Shown here piece after piece: positions 24,787 through 36,986 of a stretch of DNA of 64,000 nt. How positions within the stretch are numbered: position 1 is the stretch's first letter; every line of letters begins with the position of its first letter. Source of the stretch: Felis catus (lineage: Eukaryota); assembly GCF_018350175.1 (NCBI RefSeq), contig NC_058368.1, positions 195,364,001-195,428,000 on the forward strand. Direction: 5' to 3'. Made by a program: the position numbers and the translations under genes. The notes under the pieces were generated by a model that had not been told where the DNA came from, did no database searches, and saw only the letters and a list, made by a program, of their open reading frames with translations.

Positions 24787-24953
24787 ATTCTGCCTCTGGA
24801 AAACGAGATGCAGTACCATGTTCAGTTTCCACTCATTCTACACGGAGGGCTGTTCAAGATCGCCACCCTGGACATAAGCCTAGGGGCCTTGGGCTACCTC
24901 AGGTTTGGGACCACCACCCAGGCAAGCATCACCCTCAACTTCCCCAACTTCTG
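24787..24953 (+). pseudogene. SLC36 pseudo-exon 8 (frame and splice sites intact)
   Basis: ttacag acceptor, 167 nt, ILPLENEMQYHVQFPLILHGGLFKIATLDISLGALGYLRFGTTTQASITLNFPNF(W), donor GTGAGT. Aligns without gaps to the SLC36 exon VLPLEN...GYL.FG....SITLNLPNCW. Confidence 0.93.
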
Positions 24954-25342
24954 GTGAGTGCGTTCAGGCTTCAGAGCCAGAAGGCTGATGTGCAGGGTGG
25001 GGCCGATAAGCGTCCCCTTATCAGAGGGGAGTAACACAAATGAGGGTCAGGTCTATCAGGGTGGAGAAGAGATACTAGGAAACCGGACCATGGGGAGAGG
25101 TGGACTAGATAAATCAAGAGATCTGGATTCTTGTCCAACATGGCCATTAATTCTCCTATGTTCTAGATAGGATATTTCCCCCCTCTTCCTATAGACTTCA
25201 GTTTCCCCACCTACCCAACAAAGGGATTAGACTAAATGATTTCTAAGTGCCCTCCCAACGTTGACTGATGTATTAGCCAGATCCCTTTCATTTGCAAGTG
25301 ACTAAAAACCAATCCAATCTGGCCTAAATTTAAAAAGAGAGA

Positions 25343-25499
25343 GGGGCGCCTGGGTGGCTCCGTCAGTTGGGTGGCCAACTACAGCTCAGGTCATGATCTC
25401 GCGGTCTGTGAGGAGCCCCGCATCGGGCTCTGTGCTGACAGCTCAGAGCCTGGAGCCTGCTTCCGATTCTGTGTCTCTCTCTCTGCCCCTTCCCTGCTT

Positions 25500-25534
<35 letters not shown>

Positions 25535-25585
25535 AATAATAAATATTTTTAAAAATTTTAGCAAAAAAAAAAGAAAAAAGAAAAA
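25343..25585 (+). mobile_element. CAN-SINE
   Basis: Canonical head, (CT)n and A-rich tail; flanking repeat aaaagagaga. Confidence 0.9.
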
Positions 25586-26621
25586 GAGAGAGAAGTCCAT
25601 GCATATATCTACCTTCAGGCACAGCTGGATCCAGCTGTTTAAGTGGTATCAGCAGGACTCTGTCTGTCTTCATCTGTCACGTTTGTTTTCCTCTGCATGG
25701 ACTTTATCAAGCATACTCTTCCCACACAGCATACAGTGGCAGATAACTAACTACTAACAGCCACTCAGTTACTCTCAGCCCTGTGTAAAGAGCTTTTCTC
25801 TTTTCCAAAAGGCCCATTAAATCCCCGATTTGATTCTGATTCCCGCAGCTAGGGTCACATGTCCATTCTGAACCAGTCCTATGGCCGGGAAATGAGATAA
25901 GCTGACTGGCTGGCCTGGACCCTGTGCCTTGCTGGGGTGGGTCAGGAGTTCCTGGAACCTAGTTGGACTGAGAGCAGGGATGGGGTCACTCCTGCTAACC
26001 GATGGGGTGACCGTTGCTAGGTCAGTTAATCCAACCGAGGTCCATGAACACATATCATAATTGCAGTCAAATCTGAGGACCACAGATTATTTGGTAGACG
26101 TTCTTACAACTTCTTGGTAAGTCAGACAAGGCGGTAAATGGGATATCGCTATAGGGTGGCTGACAGCTTCTTTTCCGTTTTGCTCACCATCGTGACTTCC
26201 CAGAAGTGCTCAGGTTCTCAGGTAGACCCCCCCTCTTGTATTCTCCTCCCTGCGTTATGCCCTTACATTAACATCCTCCGAAATAGTCTATGTAAATTTA
26301 AATAGAGCTTAGCACGGTGACAGTCACATAGAAGTGACTCAATATTAATTTTCGCTATTATTATCTTCCCCTGAAAATACAATCTCATACATGGGATTCC
26401 CTTTCTTTAAAAAAGAAAAAAGAATCTAGACTGAGTTACATTGTTTTCCTTGTGTGTGACTTCTAAATTGATTCTTGGCTACTGTAAGTTAATGGCCCTA
26501 AAGAACAGAAATTCAGATTCTTAATCTAATGTGTAAATAGTAAATATTTAGAAATATATGTGGTAACTTAGATTTCATTTTGAATGAATGATTCAACTCA
26601 TCGTTAATGTAATGGGGAAGA

Positions 26622-26845
26622 GGGGCATCTGGGTGGCTCAGTCAGTTAGGTGTCCAATTCTTGGTTTCGGCTTGGGTCATGATCTCGTGGCTCATGGGAT
26701 CGAGCCCCGCATTGGGCTCTGTACTGATGGCATGGAGCCTGCTTGGGATTCTCTCTCTCTCCCTCTCTCTCTACCCCTCCCCCCAGTCATGTGTGTGAAC
26801 GCATGGGCTTTCTCTCTCAAAATAAATAAATAAACATTAAAAAAT
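26622..26845 (+). mobile_element. CAN-SINE (older subfamily)
   Basis: Degenerate head, gcctgcttgggattctctctctc body, aaaataaataaataaacatt tail. Confidence 0.85.
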
Positions 26846-27644
26846 ATACGATGGAGAAGAGAGAATACAGATATTTACTGAGAATTTCCCAAATGGTTTA
26901 CAGGCGTGGTCTCATTAACCCCATCTGCCAAGGGAGACAATAGCACCAGGTCAAGGAGTCCTAACATGATTTGGCCACATTCCCTAGCCTCGTGGAAAGG
27001 CAGACACACACACACACAACCAATTCCTGTTCTATGTGAGAGTCTCTGTAACCTGGACAAGTGTTACGGAAACTCAAAAGGACAGTTAATTCTGACCAGG
27101 GAACAGAGAGGCTCCACAGGGGCCTCTGAGACTTGAACAATGAGCAGGAATGTGACAGATTAGGAATGGAGGGAAAGGCATTCTTGGCGGAGGGAACAGC
27201 ATGTGCAAAGGCACTGATGCCAAGGGTGTGTCTCAGGCTCAGGGGAGGGCTCTCATTGTCTGGTACTGTTGCAGTGTTGAGCATGGGGTTGGGGGCAGAG
27301 GCAGGAACTGTTGTGAGATGAATCGGTGAAATGGCACTTGATACACGATGGGCTTTTAATCCCAGGCTCAGGTTTGACACTCTTTCGTGTAGGTGATGAG
27401 ATACCATTAAAGGCTTTTTGAGCATTATAATAACATAATCTCACTCATCTTTTCTCTGTCTTATGTCCACTAAAAAGTAGTGTGGTTCTTTTTTCTATTC
27501 TTGATAAAAATGAGCCCCATGTATTTAACAGTTTATGACCAGAGACCATCAGATACAGCCCCTGCCTTTTGGTAGGCAGAGTATATCTCCATTTTACAGA
27601 TGAGGCCAGTGAGGTTCAGGGAAGTAAAGTGACCTAGATAGTGT

Positions 27645-27851
27645 TTTGTTTTTGTTTTGTTTTGTTTTGTTTTTAGAGAGAGTGTGCACAAGCAGGGGAG
27701 AGGGGCAGAAGGAGAAAGAGAGAAAGAATCTTAAGCAGTCTCCACACTGAGCACAGAGCCCAATGCAGGGCTTGATCCCACAATCCTGGAATCATGACCT
27801 GAGCCGAAATCAAGAGTCAGATATTCAACTGACTGAGCCACCCTGCACCCC
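27645..27851 (-). mobile_element. CAN-SINE (older subfamily) inserted in a MIR
   Basis: (TTTTG)n tail, reverse SINE body, flanking repeat ctagatagt. Confidence 0.85.
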
Positions 27852-28363
27852 TCTAGATAGTTAATGGTAGAGGATGAGTTAGGATTTAGACCTCCTGCAA
27901 CACAATCTAGTTTTTCGAACGTACACATCATACACTTTGGCCTCACGTGAATTTGATTATGAAAGAGGGAGAGTGTGCCATTTTGAAAGGGCTGGTGGTT
28001 TCACCCATCACCCCACTGATTGAATAGATGTCCCTGAAGAAGGTGAGCTGGGAAGCATGGATCCGCCTCCTTTTCTGTGGGTCTCAGTCCCTTCAGGCCC
28101 TTCAGAGACTGAGGCTCTTGCTACCCTTTCTGGAGTAAGCCTTTGGTGGCTAGAAATCTGTGTATAATTTTTTGCACTGTATGGCCTCTAAACACATTGC
28201 TGTATTTTAGGGTGTTGAAGGGATGATTCAAGGCAGTTTGACAGTTCCCCATTTCTGCCCCTCACTGAGGCATCACCGGTCTCCCTGCTGTCCCTCAGCA
28301 GGTCCTCTAGAGGCTGCTGGTATCCACAGATGGATCTTTCCTGATCCCCTTTGCCTTCCAAAA

Positions 28364-28517
28364 GTTGTACCCGTCTGTCAAGCTCCTCTCCTTGGACAGT
28401 GTCTGCCTCACCTCCCCTGCAGTTCTGTGTCCCTCTGGAGATCATCCTGCCCGTCACTGAAGCACTGGGCCTTCGTGGTACACCTGGGCACCCACACTGC
28501 TGTGGTCCATCTGACAC
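28364..28517 (+). pseudogene. SLC36 pseudo-exon 9
   Basis: LYPSVKLLSLDSVCLT / frameshift / LQFCVPLEIILPV / deletion / KHWAFVVHLGTHTAVVHLT (family WLYQSVKLLY...ALQFYVPAEIIIP...LVCLTC). 154 nt vs about 170 expected; donor reads atgagt. Confidence 0.88.
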
Positions 28518-29019
28518 ATGAGTAAAAGGCAGGGAGCCTTGCTTCTCCTGTCCCTCCCTCAGGACCCCAAAAGTTTCCAGAAGTCAGGCTACCAGAACCT
28601 CCCTAGGGCAGTGCAGAATTTCAGGCAGAGTACAGGTTTGTGGAATTAGGCTGGACCTAAGGGGAGCTTTGGTGCCAGGAAACAGCGTACAACTCTGGCC
28701 AACTTAAGCTGAAACAAAGGGATTTGGGGGCAGCTCAGAGTCAAAGGGAGAAGCTAAAGAAGCGAATCTTGAAAAAGACAGAAATCAGGGAGAACCTGAG
28801 ATTAAAGTCAGAGGAATGAAGAGAAAGCCCCTGGGATAAATTTCCTTCAGTTCTTTTCTGTCTTTGTGCTCTCTGCTGAAGATGCACATTCTATGGAAAT
28901 AGAGTTCAGTCACCCATGCCCATTCTTAAACAAGGGAAGTCGGGGAATTCTGACTGTGCCACCAAGACCCCCATACAGTGAGGGAGGGATGCTCCGTCAC
29001 AGCAAAAGTAGGGTTCTAA

Positions 29020-31560
29020 TTATCCTTACAACTTCCTCTTTGATGCATGGGTTATTTACAAGTGTGTCGTTCAACTTCCAAACATTTGGTGGTTTTTCAG
29101 ATGGTCTTTCAGTTGATTTCTACTTTAATTCCATTTTTGTCAGAAAACATTCTTTCTGTATGATTCCAGTTTGTGGGTTTTGATTTATGGCCGAGAACAG
29201 TTTATCGTAGCCTGTGCCCCATGTGCACTTGAAAAGAACGTGGTATTCTGCTGGTGTGAAATGGAACGGTCTATAAATGTTAAGTAGGTCAACTTGATTG
29301 ATGGTGTTGTTTAGGGCTTTTATATCCTTGCTGATTTTCCACCTACTTTTTCTATTAATTACTGGGCGAGGAGTATGGAAGTCTCCAGATACACTTGTGG
29401 ATTTGTCTGTTCTTTCAAGGCCGTCAGTTTTTGCTTCATATATTTATTTGGTAGCTTTGTTGTTAGATATAATGCACATTTACATCATTTAGATTTGTCT
29501 CAATGACTTGACCCTTTTGTCACCTGTATAATGCCTCCCTTTATCTCTCACAGCATTCCTCGTCCAGAATCTGCTTTCTCTAATATTAATATGCCCATCC
29601 AGGATTTTTTTTTAATTAGTATTTGCGTGGAATATCTTTTTCCTCTCAATTTTAACACATTTATATCTTTATAGTTTAAGTGGGTTTTTTTGTAGACAGC
29701 AGTTACTTGGATCTTGCTTGTGCGTTCAATTTGGCCACCTCTTACAGTTGGTGTGTTCAGAACATTTATATTTAATTATTGATATGCTTACATTAAAATC
29801 CATCCTGCCATCTCTTGCTAATTTTTTTCTATTCCATCTGCTCTTTGTTTTTTCTTCTTTCTGCTTGCTTTTGGATTGAGTATTTTTAAAGGTTCCATCT
29901 TAGTATGTTTACCTCTTTCAACTTGTTTAGGAGCTGTCCTCAGTTTTAGACATCTTTAGTTAATCACAGGTTAAATTTCTGTTTTCTTTCTTCTTTTTTC
30001 TTCTCTTTTCTTTTTTTATTTTACCTGAATCCAAGTCAGTTAACATATAGTATAGTAATGATTTCAGGAACAGAATTCAGTGATCTATCACTTACAAATA
30101 ACACCCAGTGCTCATCCCGACAAGGGCCCTTCACGCCCCTCGCCCCTGTAGCCCATCCCCCCAGCCAACACCCTACCAGCAGCCCTCAGTTTGTTCTCTG
30201 TATTTAAGAGTCTCTTATGGTTTGTCTCCCTCTCTGTTTTTATCTTATTTTTGCTTCCTTTCTCCTATGTTCAATCAAGATTATTGTCAAATAACAATTT
30301 ACCATTTCATGTGTAGTATAAGAACCTAACAATAGCGTACTACCAAGTCTTTCCTCCCATTTCTGTGCTATTTTTCTCATGTATTTATTTTTATATATGC
30401 TATAAAGCCATAATATGTGGCTGCTATTTTTGCTCTGAACTGGAGATAGTCAGACTTTTTCTTCAACGGCCTGATGGTCAAATTTTACGCTTTCAGTCCA
30501 TATAACCAGTATTTCACCTATTTAACTGTGTCATTATAGCTCAGGGCGGACCTAGACAATACATCAACTGATGGGCATGTCTGTGTTCCAATAAAACTTT
30601 GCTCATGAAAATAGCCCACAGGCCATAGTTTGCTGATCCCTGCTTTAGATATTTAGATAATCCAATCTCTTTAAAAATAAAGGAAAAGTATCTTCTGTAT
30701 TTACCTTTCCTTTAACTATTTCCAAGGGTCTTCATTTCTTTTTGTAGATCCATAACTGCATCATATTCCTCCTTCCTGAAGAACGTCCTTTAACCCATCT
30801 TATAGCACAGATCTGCTGGTAATGGATTATCTCAGTTTTTGCTGGTTTAAAAAAGTCTTTATTGCTCCTTAAACCTTTGAAAAATATTTTCTCTGAGTTG
30901 AGAGTGTTTATGTGTTAGCACTTTCAAGTTGCCATTCATTTTCTGCTGGTTTGTATGATTTCCGATGAGGATGCTACATTTCTTATATTCCTTTCTCGGT
31001 ATATACGTGTCTTTTTTCCCCTGGCTGCATTTGGACTCCTGGATGGAGTCTAAAAATGGAGGCTAAATAAAGTTTTCTCTTTATTTTTGGTTTTTATTCA
31101 TTTGAATATGATGTGTCTAGATAAGCGTGTGTGTATGCACACACATTGTATTTATCCTATTCTGTTTTGGTGATTTTCTCTGAATTTCTTGATCTGTAGT
31201 TTTATGTGTTTATGAAAACTGTTGGCCATTATTTCTTCAAATATTTCTTTTGCCACATTCTTCTCCCTCTGGGCTTCCAATTACTAATATGTTAGACTGT
31301 TTTATATTGTCTTACAGCCCTTTGATGTTCCAGGTTTTTTTCACTCTTTTTTCCTTTTTGTATTTCAATTTGAACTTATCCTCAACTTCACAGACTCTTT
31401 CCTTAGTTTCCTCAAAAACTCTCCATAGTATTTTTTTCTCACCAGCATTTCCATTGGACTATTTTTATAGTTTCCATCTCCCCACTGAATTCTCGATTTG
31501 TTCACACATTTTGTCCAAATCAACTTCAGAAATGCCATGAAGTACTCATAAATAGTCATG
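29020..31560 (-). mobile_element. Old L1M remnant with nested fragments (L1 3' piece about 30010-30270; MER58-like about 30450-30645)
   Basis: Long T-rich degenerate L1 antisense sequence (gtgcacttgaaaagaacgtggtattctgctg; ggtctataaatgttaagtaggtcaac) and the MER58 motif ctgtgttccaataaaacttt. Confidence 0.7.
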
Positions 31561-32169
31561 TTCTCAATTCTTTTTGCCTTCTGGGGTGGTGGAGAGCAGT
31601 GCTGGAGCTGAATCAGTCTGTGAGAACAGCCTCTTTAAGAAGAGGACAACCAGGGTAACAGCCGAGAGATTCCCTGCTAGAGTCACAGAATCTCAGAATT
31701 CTAGAAGCTTGTCATCTTGGAATCTTGGAAGCTAGGGTTCAAAACAATTTCATAGGATTTTAGAGTTGAACTTTAGAGCTTGAACACCTCCAGGGAAGGG
31801 AGTTCACCAGCTCACAGGGCAGCTGAGTTCAAAGGGAAGATGCCGTCTTCCTTCAGGCAGGAGGAGGATGTTAAGGCACCACTAGAGGGAGGCCAGTCCC
31901 TGCTCCCTGTCACAGTCACAATAAAAGTAGGATGCACCCTGTCCTGGCCCTTCACCTCCATATACACCAGGAATGGCATAGCCACTGATCAGAAGAAAAT
32001 CTAAGGAAGAGCAGTACACAGCTTGTCTTCTCTAAAGTGTTATGTAATGTTACGGGATGTGGGGTCTTAGTTCCTCCTCAAAAGGAATGGATAACAAGAC
32101 TATGGAATGGAAAACAAGACTATGCCCTAACCTTCTTGAGCATCTTTTTTCTTAAATTTGCTTTTCTAA

Positions 32170-32383
32170 GGGGCGCCTGGGTGGCTCAGTCGGTTAAGTG
32201 TCCGACTTCAGCTCAGGTCACAATCTCACCGTCCGTGAGTTCGAGCCCCGCGTCGGGCTCTGGGCTGATGGCTCAGAGCCTGGAGTCTGCTTCCGGTTCT
32301 GTGTCTCCCTCTCTCTCTGCCCCTCCCCTGTTCATGCTCTGTCTCTCTCTGTCTCAAAAATAAATAAAAAACATTAAAAAAAA
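32170..32383 (+). mobile_element. SINEC_Fc
   Basis: Near-consensus body; TSD aaatttgcttttc. Confidence 0.92.
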
Positions 32384-32655
32384 TTTGCTTTTCCAAATCT
32401 TTGTTGATTGTTGGATCTGATAATAAGGCAGATTATTATTATTAACTAGAGATTATTTTAACCTCACTAAACCTCAATTATCTCATCTCTAAAGTGGAAT
32501 CAATTTCTGTTCTGTTTCCCTTTCGCCTTTACTTTCCCCCCCTTTTATGCTTTAAAATGCCATAATTTTACATTAAAAGGTGCTAATGATATATTAACTG
32601 AGAAAGACGTGTAGTAAGATGATGCATATCATCCACTGCCATTTGTAAAAATTGA

Positions 32656-32687
<32 letters not shown>

Positions 32688-32938
32688 CAGTGAGTGTGTG
32701 TTTTGTGTGTGTCCAGAGGGGCGGTGGGGGTGGGGATAACAGTTGATCTCTAGGTGGTGGAATTGTGTATATATTCACTCTCTATGTATATTTTCCACTT
32801 TTTCTACATTGAATATATTTTTTAGAAAACGATTATATAAAAACTCTAAAGTTCTATACAAATATAAGGAATGATTGTCGCAGTTCATGCAGAGTTCCTC
32901 CCTGAATTTATTTATTTATCTTCCCTCTTTACTTACAC

Positions 32939-33770
32939 CAGTGGTTCTCAACCGGAGGTGACCCCTGCTCCCTTCCCCAGGGGACATGTGGCAATATCTG
33001 GAGACATCTTTCGATGTTCACAACTAGGGGTATGGAGCTACTGGTATCTAGTGGGCAGAGAGGCTAGGGATTCTGCCAAACATCCTACACCACACCTCAT
33101 AGGAGCAATTTAAACCAGATACTGGCCTCACAGAAGTTGATACTGAGTGAGGAAATAAAGATTTTCTATTACAATTTATGTAACCAACCTTGTATTACGA
33201 AACATTCAACTCGTTTCCAATATTCTGTGACAAACAGTGCTACAAAGAATATTATAGTGTGTGCATTCTTAGGAAATGTGAGTCTTCTTCAAGATAGACC
33301 CCAAGGAGTGGCGTCCCCGGGCCAATGGACACAACCACTTTTAGTTGTAACAATGATTGTAAACCCAGGAACACGGATGGAGTCTAAAAACAGAAGCTAA
33401 AGCAAAACAGCAGAAGGCAGAATGAGATTTTAACATAATACCATTTACATGAAGCATACAGAGCAACAAAGCAATAATACACACCTCAGAAGAGAAAATA
33501 CAAGACAGTACAGGCCAGACATATCAGAACTGTTGCCTAGGGCGGGGAAAGGAATAGTATAAATCGGCATTTCTGTACTTCAGCACTGCTGACATTTTGG
33601 GCTGTCTAATCCTTTGTCGTGGGGACTGTCCTGTGCATTGGAGAATGTTTAGCACTACCCCTGGTCTCTACCCACTAGATGCTCATGGCAGTTGTGTTGA
33701 GCAAAAATGTCTCCAGACGTTGCCAAACGTTCCCCATGGAGGCGAGGTGGGAAAATAGCCTCCAGTTGAC
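32939..33770. mobile_element. Two MER20-like pieces in opposite orientation (about 32939-33090 and 33565-33770)
   Basis: cagtggttctcaacc...ggcaatatctggagacatc, and the reverse-orientation aaaatgtctccagacgttgccaaa. Confidence 0.75.
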
Positions 33771-35264
33771 ATAAATAAAGGAGAAAGGTAAATGAGCCAA
33801 CCAAGATGGGAGTCTTGCATGGGCCTGTGATGACAGAAGAGCAGTTTCCAGAAAATATGATGAACTCAGCCTTTAGCACCCACATTTTGAGTAGCTGAAA
33901 AGATGTTCTAAGTGAGCTGAAAAGAAGTGACTACTAAATTATCTTTCAAAGAAGATTCCTAACAGAACACGGAAGGACTTCTGTTCCTACACCTTTGTCA
34001 ACCAACACCTGCTGTTATTAAACCTCTTTTATGTTTTCCTTTTTTATTTTACCAATCTGAGTGGTTAGAAAAGAAAACTTATTTCGTTGTGTGTGTAAAA
34101 TTCAGCATCTCTTTGTATGTTTATTGACTATTTGGATTCCCTCTTCTGTACCTGATTTGCACGTACATATGCCAGTTATATGCTTGTGAGGTTTGACATC
34201 CAAGGGGAGGAGGCAAAGCCTTCCAGAAGTCTTCTTCATGACTGTAGAAAACCTCATTGCTTCCTTCATTTAAGCAGCAAACATTTGCTAAGGGCTAGGT
34301 ACTATGGTTATCCACACATTTGCTGCGTAAGCAGTTTGAAAGGCACGGCAGCTCAGGTCCCTTCCAGTCTTACAATTCTAGAAGACAGAGTATTGACGTG
34401 AGTGGGGAGAAAGGTTGAATGAAATGACAAGAGTCTTAGAGTCAAAGAACAGCTGGGTAGAATCTTCAGAGGCTTCTCAGAGTTCTGAGCTCCTATGACA
34501 AGAGGTCTCTACAGTCATTCACCACCTGCTTATTGGGTGACCGACCCTGTTCTGAATCCTGATCAGCCCCTGAAAAGGATGATTCTCTTCTCTTAGAAAC
34601 ACAGAAGGCAAAAGTCAACTGTTCAGTCTTTAGGCTTAAAAGTTCTCTCTCCTGACAAAAATATTCTCTTTTATCAAGCTTTCTCCTGGGCACCTAATAG
34701 CATTTCAAGGGCATTTAAGCATTTTTGTCTCTCCTCAAAGGGAGGAGGCTATAGCCCTTCAGGAGATAAAGAAAAAGAAGAAGAGATGGTCCAAGGACAC
34801 AAAAATAACGAAAAGGAGAGATCAGTTTGCTAAAATCCAGTCTCCAATCTCCAGGTTTGGAGAAAAGTCTTGTTCTTGAGATTTAGGAATATTACTTGAT
34901 CTTTGAGCCTCAGTTTCTTTCCCACCCAGCCTACCTCAGGGGGTTTGAAGAGATTTAGGAGTTAACTAATGTATATATATATGTGTGTGTGTATATATAT
35001 ACATATTGTAGCTAATATATATATATTATTATGTGTATTATACACACATATATATGTTTTGTTGACAGCTAAACAATAAACAAATGCAAAGTATTGTAAA
35101 GATTATATTGGGCCACAGGATATCAGAACTGGGAGCATTTGCTAACAATAGAACCCAAACTTCCCTTGATTCACCTTTACCCTACTCTGCCATTTTATGG
35201 ACAAGCAAAAGGAGTCTCCAAGATGGCAGGTGACTGGTTCAAGAGTCATAAAGAAAATATTAAA

Positions 35265-36328
35265 GCCACTGTGGAAAGCAGTATGAAGGTTACTCAAAAA
35301 GTGAAAACCAGAACTACCATATGATCCAGCAATTCCACTACTGGGTGTCTGTCTGAAGGAAATGAAAACACTATGTCAAAGAGATATGTGTACCCCCATG
35401 TCCATATAGGAGCATTATCTACAATAGCTACGACATGGACAGTCTAAGTGTCCCATCAAGAGATGAATGGAGGGGCGCCTGGGTGGCTCAGTCAGTTAAG
35501 CGTCCGACTTCAGCTCAGGTCGTGATCTCACAGTTCGTGGGTTCGAGCCCCGCATCGGGCTCTGTGCTGACAGCTCAGAGCCTGGAGCCTGCTTCAGATT
35601 CTGTGTCTCCCTCTCTCTCTGACCCTCCCCCATTCATGCTCTGTCTCTCTCTCAAAAAAATAAAAATAAACATTATGGATAAAGAGATTTTATATATATA
35701 CATGGTGTGTGTGTGTGGTGTATACAAATACAATCGAATATATTCAGCCATGAAAATGGAGGAAGTCCTGCCGTTTGCGACTATGTGGATGGACCTTGAG
35801 GACATTATGCCAAGTGAAATAAGTCAGACAGAAAAAGAAAATACTCTGGCAATCTCACCTTATATGTGGAATCCGAACAACAACGAACAAGCTTGTAGAA
35901 AAAGCGATCAGATTTGTTACCAGAAGCAAGGGGTGGGGGTTGAATGAAGGCAGTCCAAAGGTACAGACATTCGGTTTTAGATATGTAGGGCCACCTGGAT
36001 GGCTCAGTCAAGCATCTGGCTCTTGATTTCGGCTCAGGTGGTGACCTCACAATTCGTGAGATCGAGCCCACATGGGGCTCTGTGCTGACAGTTCAGAGCC
36101 TGCTTGGGAATCTCTCTCTCCCTCTCTCTCTCTGCCCACCCCACCCCCCACTTATGCCCTCCTCTCAAAATAAATAAACATTAAAAAATAATAAAATAGA
36201 TATATAAGTGCTCGGGGTGTGATATACAGCATGGTGACCATAGCTAACACTGCTGTGTGGTATAAGTGAAGGCTGTTAAGAGAATAAATCCTAAAAGTTC
36301 TCATTACAAGGAAAAAAATACTTTTTTC

Positions 36329-36384
<56 letters not shown>

Positions 36385-36510
36385 GTATCTATATGAGAAG
36401 ATGAATGTTAACTTACTGTTGTGGTCATTTCGTGATATATGTAAGTGAAGTCATTATGCTCTTTACCTTAAACTTATATAGTGCTATATGTCAATTGTAT
36501 TTCAGTAAGA
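35265..36510 (+). mobile_element. L1 3' end with nested CAN-SINEs (35472-35675, 35988-36197) and (TTTC)n at about 36330-36383
   Basis: L1 motifs ccatatgatccagcaattccactactggg and tggatggaccttgaggacattatgccaagtgaaataagtcagacaga, interrupted by SINE heads. Confidence 0.85.
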
Positions 36511-36986
36511 CAAAACAAAACACCAGAAAGCAAATATTCTGTAGTGACTTTGGCTCAGAGGACATTTTGTTATGAGTACATCAAAATCCACAGACTCCAG
36601 CTTATCTTTCCATGTGATGGTTAAAGAGGCTTGTTTCTTTCCTCATTCCTGAGTTTGTCTCACTCGCAGGTATACCCCAGGGTTGCAAATGAGATAAAGC
36701 TGAAGAAAAGGGTGAGAAATGTTTCCACCCTCCTTGATACTTTTACAAAAGACCAGAAGCTTACTGATTTGTTTTTCGGGCTTTATCAAATTGTAGCCTC
36801 AATATAGCCACATTGAAGTTGCCCCACCAAAACAGCCTATCCCTATAAAGCGTTATTAGCAGGGCCGCGAAATCTTCTCTGTGGCCCAGTGAAATGTTTT
36901 CTAACGCTCTGCCATGCTGGGATTCTGCTACCGTAGGAATGTTCCCTCTAGGTCAGTTGGAAACCAGGTGTCTTCTTCACCTGCAG

